DNA from: Bacteroidota bacterium
GTDB lineage: Bacteria; Bacteroidota; Bacteroidia; Chitinophagales; UBA10324
DNA length: 64,000 nucleotides
Assembly: GCA_014190575.1 (NCBI GenBank)
Contig: BJGQ01000001.1
Location: 21,569-85,568 of the forward strand
Direction: 5' to 3'
The notes under the pieces are model-generated. The model had not been told where the DNA came from. It did no database searches and saw only the letters and a program-made list of their open reading frames with translations. Every line of letters starts with the position of its first letter. The stretch's first letter is position 1. The position numbers and the translations under genes are program-made. Positions 26,581 to 35,019 of this stretch are shown piece after piece.

Positions 26581-28670
26581 AAAATAATTTCCGATTCCTT
26601 ATTTTATTTTCATTTTTCATAGTGGTAACGAGTTTGTTTGTTTCCAATACTTCCGATGCACAAACAGTTTTCAAAGGGGTGAAAACTAATTTTAACACAC
26701 TCGTGAAATCTGATTTTAATTTCTCACGAACCTTTGTAACTGTCGGCACCAGTTATATTTCCAATTACAAATTAGTTGATGTGGCAGGTGTTCAATTTGG
26801 TAGTGTAACAGTTGTGAATGACAAGCCAGCTGCAAAAATAAAAGTGCAATTAGTGGTTTCGTCAGATACTTCGAGATTTGTAATTAGTTATACCGATAGT
26901 CTCGGAACAATTTTCGGTGCAAAAGGAACTTTTAAAAAAGAACCGGTGAACAAGTATCCTGTTTCGCTTGCTTTCCTCACTGAGAATAAAACATACATCA
27001 AAGTCAATCAAATCATCAGTAAAAAAATTGCTGACCCAGAACATTTTTTATTGGAAAGAATTTATGCCGATGATTTAACTGCCAACACAACTGTGCTTGC
27101 AAAGTATAAAGGCACACAACCCACCGGCAATGCAAATAAAATTTTAAGCATGTCAGATTTCGGAGTGCCTGAAGCAAATGCTTCCAATCCGACACAGATG
27201 AAAGACATTCCGACACAAACAAATCCAACTGTTACAGCTACGGCTCCAAAAGATACCACCAAGAAAGTTACGACTCCTGTAAAACCAATTGTAACTAATA
27301 CAATTCCTAAAGACACTTTAAAGAAAACTACTGTAACACCAACAACCAATACCGTTACACCACCAACAAACACTGTAACGGTTCCGACATTTACCACTCC
27401 GGTTGTCACTGCTCCTGTTAAAATAAAGCCAACCAACAGCAATGTCAAAGACTTTGCAACCGACAGTATCCGCACCATTCTCAAACCTATTGAAAACGAA
27501 ATGGTATCTGTGCAATTGTTCATCAGCGGGGGCACTTCAGGTTACACTGTGGCGAAGGAAGGTATCGAAGCAGTCGCTATTGACTGGATGCTAAACGGCG
27601 GCACAAAAAATATGACTCCTGATCAAGTACAAACTAAAATGGAGCTACTCGGCATCAGCGTCAATTACAAACTCACACCTGATTATTCTGTTATCAGCAT
27701 GAATTGTCTGCGTAAACAATTTGATGATTGCTGGCAATTGTTCTCCGATTTAATTGCGCGCTCTGCTTTTACACCTGAAGTATTTCAAACATCAAAAGAT
27801 AATGTCACCAGTGCTTCTGAATCACAAAATGCATTTGATATTCTCAAGGGTATTGCACTCAGTTATTCGTTTGTAGGCAAGCAGTATGACCGCGACCCAA
27901 TGGGTTCTTCAGGTACTATCGGAAAACTCACTGCTGATGAAGTAAAAAAATATTATGCATCAATGATGGTGCGCCGTCGCATGACTGTTGTGGTTTGCGG
28001 AAATTTTTCTGCCGAAGATCTCAGTCAGCACATTCGCATAGGATTTAAAGGTGTAATAGTTGGAAACGATGTAGCTACAAATTTCGGTGGTGTTGATTTC
28101 AATGGATCTACTTTTAAGTTCGTTGGCGAAAATGAAAATAACCAAAACCGCATTCTTGGCATTGCTGCTGCACCCGATGCAGGCACTGCCGACGAAGCCG
28201 CGCTCACCATTGCACTCGCTGTTTTAAATTCAAGAATTCAAAGTGAAGTGGAAGAAAAAAGAAACCTTACTTCCGATTGTCGGTTCAGCATTGCCGGTTA
28301 CAGACAGAATTTTTGTTTGTTAACCTTTTCTACCATTACACCTGATAAAACCATTCAAGCGATTATAGATGAACTGAAGAAAGCGCGCAAACTTGGTTTC
28401 ACTGCTGATGAATTGCAGCAAGCAAAAGACCAGTACATCAGCAATTTTTATCTCACACACGAAAGCAACGAAGCTATTGCCAAATCAATCGGTCAAAGTG
28501 AAATGAATGATGCATGGGAAGACTCCGAAAATCTATATGTCACTATCAATAATCTTTTGCTTACCGATGTAAATTCAGCGCTTCGCAAGTACATCAAAGG
28601 TTTCCGCTTTTATTATTCGGGGAATAAGGATGATGCGAACGAAATAATTTTTACCCAGAAACTGGATTAA
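26577..28670 (+). CDS. Secreted M16-like protein lacking the HxxEH site, with N-terminal unknown domain and Thr/Pro-rich linker
   Basis: The start overlaps the upstream stop (ATGA). Signal peptide '...SNTSDAQ'. The linker covers about res 205-290 ('TNPTVTATAPKDTTKKVTTPVKP...'). The M16-like half has 'VAIDWMLNGGT' in place of 'HxxEHMxFxGT'. Confidence 0.6.
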   Translation: MKNNFRFLILFSFFIVVTSLFVSNTSDAQTVFKGVKTNFNTLVKSDFNFSRTFVTVGTSYISNYKLVDVAGVQFGSVTVVNDKPAAKIKVQLVVSSDTSRFVISYTDSLGTIFGAKGTFKKEPVNKYPVSLAFLTENKTYIKVNQIISKKIADPEHFLLERIYADDLTANTTVLAKYKGTQPTGNANKILSMSDFGVPEANASNPTQMKDIPTQTNPTVTATAPKDTTKKVTTPVKPIVTNTIPKDTLKKTTVTPTTNTVTPPTNTVTVPTFTTPVVTAPVKIKPTNSNVKDFATDSIRTILKPIENEMVSVQLFISGGTSGYTVAKEGIEAVAIDWMLNGGTKNMTPDQVQTKMELLGISVNYKLTPDYSVISMNCLRKQFDDCWQLFSDLIARSAFTPEVFQTSKDNVTSASESQNAFDILKGIALSYSFVGKQYDRDPMGSSGTIGKLTADEVKKYYASMMVRRRMTVVVCGNFSAEDLSQHIRIGFKGVIVGNDVATNFGGVDFNGSTFKFVGENENNQNRILGIAAAPDAGTADEAALTIALAVLNSRIQSEVEEKRNLTSDCRFSIAGYRQNFCLLTFSTITPDKTIQAIIDELKKARKLGFTADELQQAKDQYISNFYLTHESNEAIAKSIGQSEMNDAWEDSENLYVTINNLLLTDVNSALRKYIKGFRFYYSGNKDDANEIIFTQKLD

Positions 28671-28679
28671 ATCAAAAAA

Positions 28680-29579
28680 TTATTTCAATAAATTCTGCGT
28701 TAATAATTTCGAACTGAATAATCCTCCTGTGTGCAAACACATTATTTTACTTTCAGCAGGAAAGAAATTATTCTTTAACAAATCATTCACGGCAAAAAAT
28801 AATTTACCGCTGTAGATTTGTTCAAGTTGAATACCATTTAATGATTTGAATTTATTTATGAATTCCATCAACTCATAATTCCAGTTTGCATAGCCGCCGA
28901 AATGATAATGGTGATTGATGCTCCAATGCGTTGCATGTTTCTTCCCTATTAAATCTTTAACTGATTGCTCTAAATAATTTTCTCCTTTTAAAACTGCAAT
29001 TCCAATTACTTTTGTTTTTGAAGGAGCAGCTAAGGCAAGTCCGGCAAGTGTTCCACCGCTGCCAACGGGAGTGAATATGAAATCAAATTCTTCTTCAATC
29101 GGTTTCAGAATTTCCATACATCCTTTTACACCTATTTTATTTCCTCCTCCTTCAGGAATAATTAACTGTTGTCCGAATTTATTCTGTAATTCATTTTGAT
29201 ATCCTGCATCTCCTCTCCTTCTGTATTCCTCACGAGAAACGAAATGCAGTTTCATTCCAAACTCTTCTGCTGCTTTTAATACATGATTGAGTTCAGTTGG
29301 TTTTTCTCCCCTGATAATTCCGATGCAAGAAATAGTATTGAGTGAACATGCTTTGGCAGTCGCAATAATGTGGTTACTGAATGCGCCGCCGAATGTGAGA
29401 ACAGGCAATCCTGTTTTCTTTGCTTCTTGCAGATTGTATTTGAGTTTGAATAATTTATTTCCTCCCGTAATTTCATCAATCAAATCCAGGCGAAGGACTT
29501 TCCAATTTACTTGCTTCTCTTTGGTGAGAGAAGATTCAATTTGTTGAATGATTGGGTTGTATGGTGGAAGATGAATCAT
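28680..29579 (-). CDS. PLP-dependent ACC deaminase / D-cysteine desulfhydrase family protein
   Basis: PLP-lysine motif 'GGNKLFKLKYNL', Gly-rich loop 'TPVGSGGTLAG', C-terminal 'LHTGG'. Confidence 0.75.
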   Translation of the reverse strand: MIHLPPYNPIIQQIESSLTKEKQVNWKVLRLDLIDEITGGNKLFKLKYNLQEAKKTGLPVLTFGGAFSNHIIATAKACSLNTISCIGIIRGEKPTELNHVLKAAEEFGMKLHFVSREEYRRRGDAGYQNELQNKFGQQLIIPEGGGNKIGVKGCMEILKPIEEEFDFIFTPVGSGGTLAGLALAAPSKTKVIGIAVLKGENYLEQSVKDLIGKKHATHWSINHHYHFGGYANWNYELMEFINKFKSLNGIQLEQIYSGKLFFAVNDLLKNNFFPAESKIMCLHTGGLFSSKLLTQNLLK

Positions 29580-29588
29580 GAAATTTCT

Positions 29589-29661
29589 TCTGTTAATGGG
29601 ACACTGATTGTAACAGATTTGACGAATTGTAACAGATCATATTTATCAGTGCTTATCTGTT
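29589..29661 (-). promoter_or_regulatory. Cluster of four TAACAGA/TCTGTTA heptamers, including a 12-nt direct repeat, upstream of the ACC-deaminase-family gene
   Basis: ATTGTAACAGAT at 29607-29618 and 29626-29637 (period 19). Inverted copies TCTGTTA at 29589-29595 and ATCTGTT at 29655-29661. Confidence 0.3.
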
Positions 29662-29682
29662 TCATCCGCTAAAATCCGTGAC

Positions 29683-30096
29683 CTATTCTTCCCTTGGAGA
29701 ATATTTTTTTTGACGCAGTTGTTTTTTCTCCCCAAGTATTTTTTTGCCTGCCAATCTTTTCTTCTTAGCGCCTGCTGATACAGCAGTTTTAATTCTCTTC
29801 TTATTTTTCTTCAGCGCATTGGTCAGCACTTCTTCTAATTTCTTTAACGCAATTTTTTTATTTGCTAATTGGCTTCGGTCTTCCTGAACATCGAGCAACA
29901 ACACACCTTCATCACTTAGTTTGTTTTTCAGTTTGTGTTGAATCATTTTTTTTTCTTCATCGGAAATTCCATTGCTGTTTACTACATCATAAAACAACTG
30001 AATGCGCGAACTGACTTTATTTACATTCTGTCCGCCCTTGCCGCTGCTGCGTGTGGCCTTAATAATTAGTTCAGAAAGAATTGTTTTGAAATCCAA
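29683..30096 (-). CDS. arfB: Alternative ribosome-rescue factor ArfB (peptidyl-tRNA hydrolase, GGQ domain)
   Basis: 137 aa with 'RSSGKGGQNVNKVSS' and a Lys/Arg-rich C-terminal tail. Confidence 0.85.
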   Translation of the reverse strand: MDFKTILSELIIKATRSSGKGGQNVNKVSSRIQLFYDVVNSNGISDEEKKMIQHKLKNKLSDEGVLLLDVQEDRSQLANKKIALKKLEEVLTNALKKNKKRIKTAVSAGAKKKRLAGKKILGEKKQLRQKKYSPREE

Positions 30097-30107
30097 AACA
30101 AAAATAT

Positions 30108-30740
30108 TTATGACTGACTTTTCCGTCTGCCTATTTCATCGCGAACGGCAATTGCTTTTTCATAATCTTCCTTCTCAATATATTTCTGAAGCATATCATT
30201 CAACTCAGGCAATGATGCTTTTGATAAATCACCGGTGCTTACACCTGAAGCAATTTTAGGTTCGCTTTTCTTAATTCCTTTTTCTTTCGGCTTTGCTTTT
30301 TCTTTTTCTCCTTCCTGTTCCTGGTCTTGTTCTTCAATAATTAAACCAGCAGAGTCAAGAATAAAATCATAAGTATAAATTGGGCAATCAAAACGAATTG
30401 CCAATGCTATAGCGTCTGAAGTGCGCGAATCAATTTCTATCATATCGTTATCTCGCTGGCAAACTAACTGCGAAAAAAATATTCCATCCACCAAATTATT
30501 AATCACTATCTCTTTCAAATCAATGGCGAAAGCTGTGCACATACTTTTCATCAAATCATGGGTAAGCGGTCGGCTTGGATTCATTTTTTCCAATGCAACT
30601 GCAATTGCCTGTGCTTCAAAACCACCAATCACAATGGGCAAACGGCGAATACCCCCAACTTCACCCAACACCACTGCATATGAATGCGATTGTGTAATGC
30701 TGTGAGAGAGTGCTACTATTTCCAGTTCTATTTTTTTCAT
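30108..30740 (-). CDS. Bifunctional nuclease (DUF151) domain protein with C-terminal UVR motif
   Basis: 'SYAVVLGEVGGIRRLPIVIGGFEAQAIAVALE...RPLTHDL' is the BFN/DUF151 core. The C-terminal 'LNDMLQKYIEKEDYEKAIAVRDEI' is UVR-like. Confidence 0.75.
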   Translation of the reverse strand: MKKIELEIVALSHSITQSHSYAVVLGEVGGIRRLPIVIGGFEAQAIAVALEKMNPSRPLTHDLMKSMCTAFAIDLKEIVINNLVDGIFFSQLVCQRDNDMIEIDSRTSDAIALAIRFDCPIYTYDFILDSAGLIIEEQDQEQEGEKEKAKPKEKGIKKSEPKIASGVSTGDLSKASLPELNDMLQKYIEKEDYEKAIAVRDEIGRRKSQS

Positions 30741-30752
30741 TGCCGAAATATA

Positions 30753-31730
30753 TTAAGCTCCTGCTTTAAACCTTTTAAATGCTTCATTTAATTTAGGAAC
30801 AACTTCAAACACATCGCCCACAATTCCATAATCTGCTGCCTTAAAGAATGGAGCTTCAGGGTCTTTGTTAATTACCACAATAACCTTACTTCCATTTACA
30901 CCTGCCAGATGCTGAATTGCTCCGCTTATTCCCAAAGCAATGTACAAATTCGGGCGAACTGTTAAACCTGTTTGCCCAACATGTTCTTCATGCGGACGCC
31001 AGTGAATATCAGCCACAGGGCGACTGCAAGCAGTTGCCGCTCCAAGTATGTTTGCCATTTCCTCCACCATTCCCCAGTTCTCAGGGCCTTTTAATCCACG
31101 ACCTGCTGACACTACAATATCTGCATCACTCAATGTAATTTTTCCGGAAGCCTTCACTACTTCTTTCACTTTTACTTTGCTGTCGGTTGCTTTGATTGCT
31201 ATTTCTAAATTTTCAACCGAACATTTATTTTCAGTTTTTTCAGGAGCAACTGTGTTTGGTGTTAGTGCAATAATTTTATTATCAGAATGAATGGCATACA
31301 ACGCAATAGCCTTTCCGCTGAAAACATTTTTACGAATCTTCATTGTGCTTCCTTCCATCACCGGAATATCTATGGCGCCGGCAACATATCCCGCATTCAT
31401 CTTTGCAGCCAGCACCGGAGCAATTGCTTTACCTGAATAGTTGAAAGAAAAAATAACAGTAGTTGCATTTAATTTTTGCGCAACATCATTTAAAACTTTC
31501 GCATGCAGGCCTGCATCAAAATTTTTGAGTGCATCGTTTGTTACGCGATAAACTTTTGTTGCCCCATAATCTCCCAACGATTTTAAAACATCATCGCTCA
31601 GGTTTTCGAAATCAATTACAAATGTTTCAGTATTTAATAGAGCAGCAACACGCGCGCCATAACTAACTGCTTCAAAATTTGATTTCTTAAATGTTCCATT
31701 CGCACTTTCTGCAAAAACTAATACCGGCAT
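30753..31730 (-). CDS. etfA: Electron transfer flavoprotein subunit alpha
   Basis: FAD-binding signature 'PNLYIALGISGAIQHLAGV'. 325 aa, directly downstream of etfB. Confidence 0.9.
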   Translation of the reverse strand: MPVLVFAESANGTFKKSNFEAVSYGARVAALLNTETFVIDFENLSDDVLKSLGDYGATKVYRVTNDALKNFDAGLHAKVLNDVAQKLNATTVIFSFNYSGKAIAPVLAAKMNAGYVAGAIDIPVMEGSTMKIRKNVFSGKAIALYAIHSDNKIIALTPNTVAPEKTENKCSVENLEIAIKATDSKVKVKEVVKASGKITLSDADIVVSAGRGLKGPENWGMVEEMANILGAATACSRPVADIHWRPHEEHVGQTGLTVRPNLYIALGISGAIQHLAGVNGSKVIVVINKDPEAPFFKAADYGIVGDVFEVVPKLNEAFKRFKAGA

Positions 31731-31756
31731 TTCTGTTTTATTAATTGAATGATTAA

Positions 31757-32497
31757 TTAAATAACTTTTGCGTCGTTGTGAAGTAATGAAACCAGCTCGC
31801 CTACATTATCGGCACTCACGAGTTTAACTCCTGTTTTTTCTTTAGGCAATTCATAGGAAAGTATGGAAGTATAATTTTCACTTGCAACTGCGGCAACAAT
31901 TGCAACGGGCTTTGTGCGTGCTGCCATTATACCGCGCATGTTTGGAATACGCGCTTCGGCCATTCCTTTTGCTGCACTTAACACAAATGGAATATTCACT
32001 TCCACTGTTTCATGGCCACCTGCAATTTCACGATTGAGCGTTGCGATGCTTCCATTCAATTCTAAACTTGATGCAAGAGAAACATATCCCCAATCCAATA
32101 AGCCGGCTATCATTCCCCCAACTTCAGAACCGTTGTAGTCAATGGTTTCTTTTCCGCAGAACACAATGTCATAAGCATTCGCTTTCACATATTCTGCAAT
32201 CTGTTTTGCCACGAACATGGCGTCAATAGGTTCTGCATCTATACGAACAGCATCATCCGCACCTATGGCCAATGCTTTCCGAATGATTGCATCGGTATCA
32301 GCAGCGCCAACATTTATAACAGTTACTGAGCCTCCGAGTTTTTCTTTTAATTCCAATGCGCGAACGAGAGCATACCATTCATCATACGGGTTTACGATAA
32401 ACACAACTTTATCGTTATTGAATTTTGTATTGTTGTCGGTGAAGGCAATTTTGGTTGTGGTATCGGGAGCTTTACTTATACAAACTAAAAACTTCAT
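31757..32497 (-). CDS. etfB: Electron transfer flavoprotein subunit beta
   Basis: 'MKFLVCISKAPDTTTKI' opening and 'VFCGKETIDYNGSEVG' are typical of EtfB. 246 aa. Confidence 0.9.
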   Translation of the reverse strand: MKFLVCISKAPDTTTKIAFTDNNTKFNNDKVVFIVNPYDEWYALVRALELKEKLGGSVTVINVGAADTDAIIRKALAIGADDAVRIDAEPIDAMFVAKQIAEYVKANAYDIVFCGKETIDYNGSEVGGMIAGLLDWGYVSLASSLELNGSIATLNREIAGGHETVEVNIPFVLSAAKGMAEARIPNMRGIMAARTKPVAIVAAVASENYTSILSYELPKEKTGVKLVSADNVGELVSLLHNDAKVI

Positions 32498-32624
32498 GTG
32501 TAATTTATTATTTGCTGCAAGTGAAAACAGCTTTTATGAGGGGCGTAAAAATAACTGAAAAGTATTATGGGCAAAATGATACCCTTATGAATCAAATCAC
32601 AATTAATAAGATCAGAATTACAAA

Positions 32625-33722
32625 TTAAACATTGAACAGGAAATGCATTACATCACCATCCTTCACTATGTATTCTTTTCCTTCTACGCGTAATCTTCCA
32701 GCAGTTCTGCATGCAGATTCGGAACCATATTTAATAAAATCATCGAAGGCAATTACTTCAGCACGAATAAATCCCTTTTCAAAGTCACTGTGAATAACCC
32801 CTGCAGCCTTTGGTCCGGTATCGCCAATGTGAATGGTCCACGCGCGAACTTCCTGTACCCCTGCTGTGAAGTAGGTTGCCAGATTTAATAATTTATAAGC
32901 TGAGTGAATGAGTTTGTTTACACCGGGCTCGTTCAATCCCATGTCGCTTAAAAATGCTTTACGATCATCGGCGCTTTCAAGTATTGCAATCTCTGCTTCA
33001 ATATTTGCCGAAATAATAATTACCTGAGCATTCTCATCTTTTACGGCATTGGTCAATGCTTGAGTGTGTTTGTTTCCGGTAAGCACACTTGCTTCATCCA
33101 CATTGCACACATACAATACTGGTTTGTCAGTAAGAAGAAATGCATCAGTTACAATCTTCTTTTCTTCGTCAGCCACAGGTACACTTCGTGCACTCTTACC
33201 TTCTTGCAAATGCTTTAAGTAAATCTCAAGCACCTCAAGTCCACGCTTTCCTTCGCGGTCGCCATTCTTTAATTGTTTTTTTTCTTTTGCAATTTTCTTT
33301 TCAATTGCTTCAAGATCTTTCAATTGTAATTCAGTATCAATTATCTCCTTATCGCGAACTGGATTTACAGATCCATCAACATGAATAACATTATCATCAT
33401 CAAAGCAACGCACCACATGAATAATTGCATCAGTGTTGCGGATATTTCCTAAGAATTGATTACCCAATCCTTCGCCCTTGCTTGCACCTTTTACCAAACC
33501 AGCTATGTCAACAATCTCCACAACTGTCGGAACAATTTTATTAGGGTTCACAAGTTTGGCTAATTCATTCAGCCGTTCATCGGGTACAGTTATGACACCG
33601 ATGTTTGGTTCAATGGTGCAGAATGGAAAATTAGCAGCCTGTGCTTTTGCATTGCTGAGTGCATTAAATAAAGTTGATTTCCCCACATTCGGTAAGCCGA
33701 CAATTCCGCATTGTAATGCCAT
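32625..33722 (-). CDS. ychF: Ribosome-binding ATPase YchF
   Basis: 'GIVGLPNVGKSTLFNAL' G1 motif, 'DIAGLVKGAS', and a C-terminal TGS-like 'FIRAEV'. 365 aa. Confidence 0.92.
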   Translation of the reverse strand: MALQCGIVGLPNVGKSTLFNALSNAKAQAANFPFCTIEPNIGVITVPDERLNELAKLVNPNKIVPTVVEIVDIAGLVKGASKGEGLGNQFLGNIRNTDAIIHVVRCFDDDNVIHVDGSVNPVRDKEIIDTELQLKDLEAIEKKIAKEKKQLKNGDREGKRGLEVLEIYLKHLQEGKSARSVPVADEEKKIVTDAFLLTDKPVLYVCNVDEASVLTGNKHTQALTNAVKDENAQVIIISANIEAEIAILESADDRKAFLSDMGLNEPGVNKLIHSAYKLLNLATYFTAGVQEVRAWTIHIGDTGPKAAGVIHSDFEKGFIRAEVIAFDDFIKYGSESACRTAGRLRVEGKEYIVKDGDVMHFLFNV

Positions 33723-33746
33723 TTAGAGTTATTTTTTTTAAGCGGG

Positions 33747-33754
33747 CAAATGTA
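33747..33754 (-). promoter_or_regulatory. Bacteroidota-type -7 box upstream of ychF
   Basis: The minus strand reads TACATTTG, about 24 nt upstream of the ATG at 33722. Confidence 0.35.
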
Positions 33755-33991
33755 AACTTCTGTTGCGCAAAGATGCAATTAGCCTATATCTAAATTAAAT
33801 AGAATCTGCAAAATCATTTCATTTGAAAAATATGTTTTTTAAAAATTTAGTGTCAAGTTTTATTATAAAAAGATATCAGCATGCTTTTATTCAAATATTT
33901 CTAGCTAAACACCATATAAATTTAGTTTCAAAGATTTTTATTGGAATAAAAAACGCAAAATGAAAATAAATAACACCTTAAAATTGGCTAA

Positions 33992-35008
33992 CTAAAATCT
34001 TGGACAAGGCATATCAATAATTCCTTTTGGTGGCTTACCAAAATTGCCAATGTATTGTATGGAAAGTTCTAATGCCCCACGACCTGAACTGGCAGGCTGC
34101 AGTTCAGAATAATTAATATCATAATTGAGTAACACCCGAATGTTAGAAAACTCATAACCAATAACCGGATACCATGCATCCTTTAAACGAATGTATGTTC
34201 CAAAATAAATTTTATTACTTTCAATCTCATCGGGTGTCAGTTTATAACTCACCATTACTCCAGTCAAAAATTCTGATGCATTTTTTTGATTTTGATAATA
34301 GAAACTTGGATATAAAGTAAAAGCTTTTGTAACATCAACATTCACTCCGGCACTTAATTGTGGTCTTCCACCGAGTTTATAAGTTGACCCATAAAATGAA
34401 TCTTTCGGTCGCAGTAAATGTGAAACAGAAGCAGATAGATATCCTCCAACTTTTGTATTCACAATAAATGAATACAATGTACCTAACTGAAAATCGAAAT
34501 AATGAAAACCGGGAAAATATCCGAACTCCTGATTTGATCTGTTCTGATCAAAATCAACATTTCTCCATTGACTATGAAAATACAATTTGTCCCAATCAAT
34601 TTTTTTTTGAATATAGGAAGCCTGCAATCCAATTGATAAATAATAATTTTTTGCCGCATCGAGCGCAATGTGAAATGCTCCATTGGCAGTCAGTTTTGTC
34701 ACTGCTAAATTTCCATCTCCCGAAACATCATTTACTAATGATAACCCAGCTCCTACAAAATATTTATTAAATGGTTTGTGCATTAAACCAAGATCAGCAT
34801 AAGCGGCGAAAGTTTTATATGGTATTGAAACGCTTGCCCATTGATTCCTGTAATTTGCGCCAACTCTGTATGTGCCGTTAAACATACCGGTATATGCAGG
34901 ATTCACTGTTATTGGAGAAGCATAGTATTGCGAAAAATGAATATCTTGTCCCATCAGTAAATTACTGAGCAGAAGAAAAATGATGATGGAATATATTTTT
35001 CTTTTCAT
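33992..35008 (-). CDS. PorP/SprF family type IX secretion system membrane protein
   Basis: The Met at 35008 gives a signal peptide then 'QDIHFSQYYASPITVNPAYTG', the characteristic PorP/SprF N-terminus. The rest is beta-barrel-like. It sits 12 nt downstream of a type-B CTD gene. Confidence 0.8.
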   Translation of the reverse strand: MKRKIYSIIIFLLLSNLLMGQDIHFSQYYASPITVNPAYTGMFNGTYRVGANYRNQWASVSIPYKTFAAYADLGLMHKPFNKYFVGAGLSLVNDVSGDGNLAVTKLTANGAFHIALDAAKNYYLSIGLQASYIQKKIDWDKLYFHSQWRNVDFDQNRSNQEFGYFPGFHYFDFQLGTLYSFIVNTKVGGYLSASVSHLLRPKDSFYGSTYKLGGRPQLSAGVNVDVTKAFTLYPSFYYQNQKNASEFLTGVMVSYKLTPDEIESNKIYFGTYIRLKDAWYPVIGYEFSNIRVLLNYDINYSELQPASSGRGALELSIQYIGNFGKPPKGIIDMPCPRF

Positions 35009-35019
35009 CTTAAATTCGT

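Noticed and set aside
27062-27535. A 157-aa minus-strand ORF (G/V/T-rich), plus smaller antisense ORFs, inside the second M16-like gene.
   Set aside because: It is the reverse complement of the ACN/CCN-rich Thr/Pro linker codons. It has low-complexity composition and no start context, and it lies wholly inside a well-supported gene. It is a shadow ORF.
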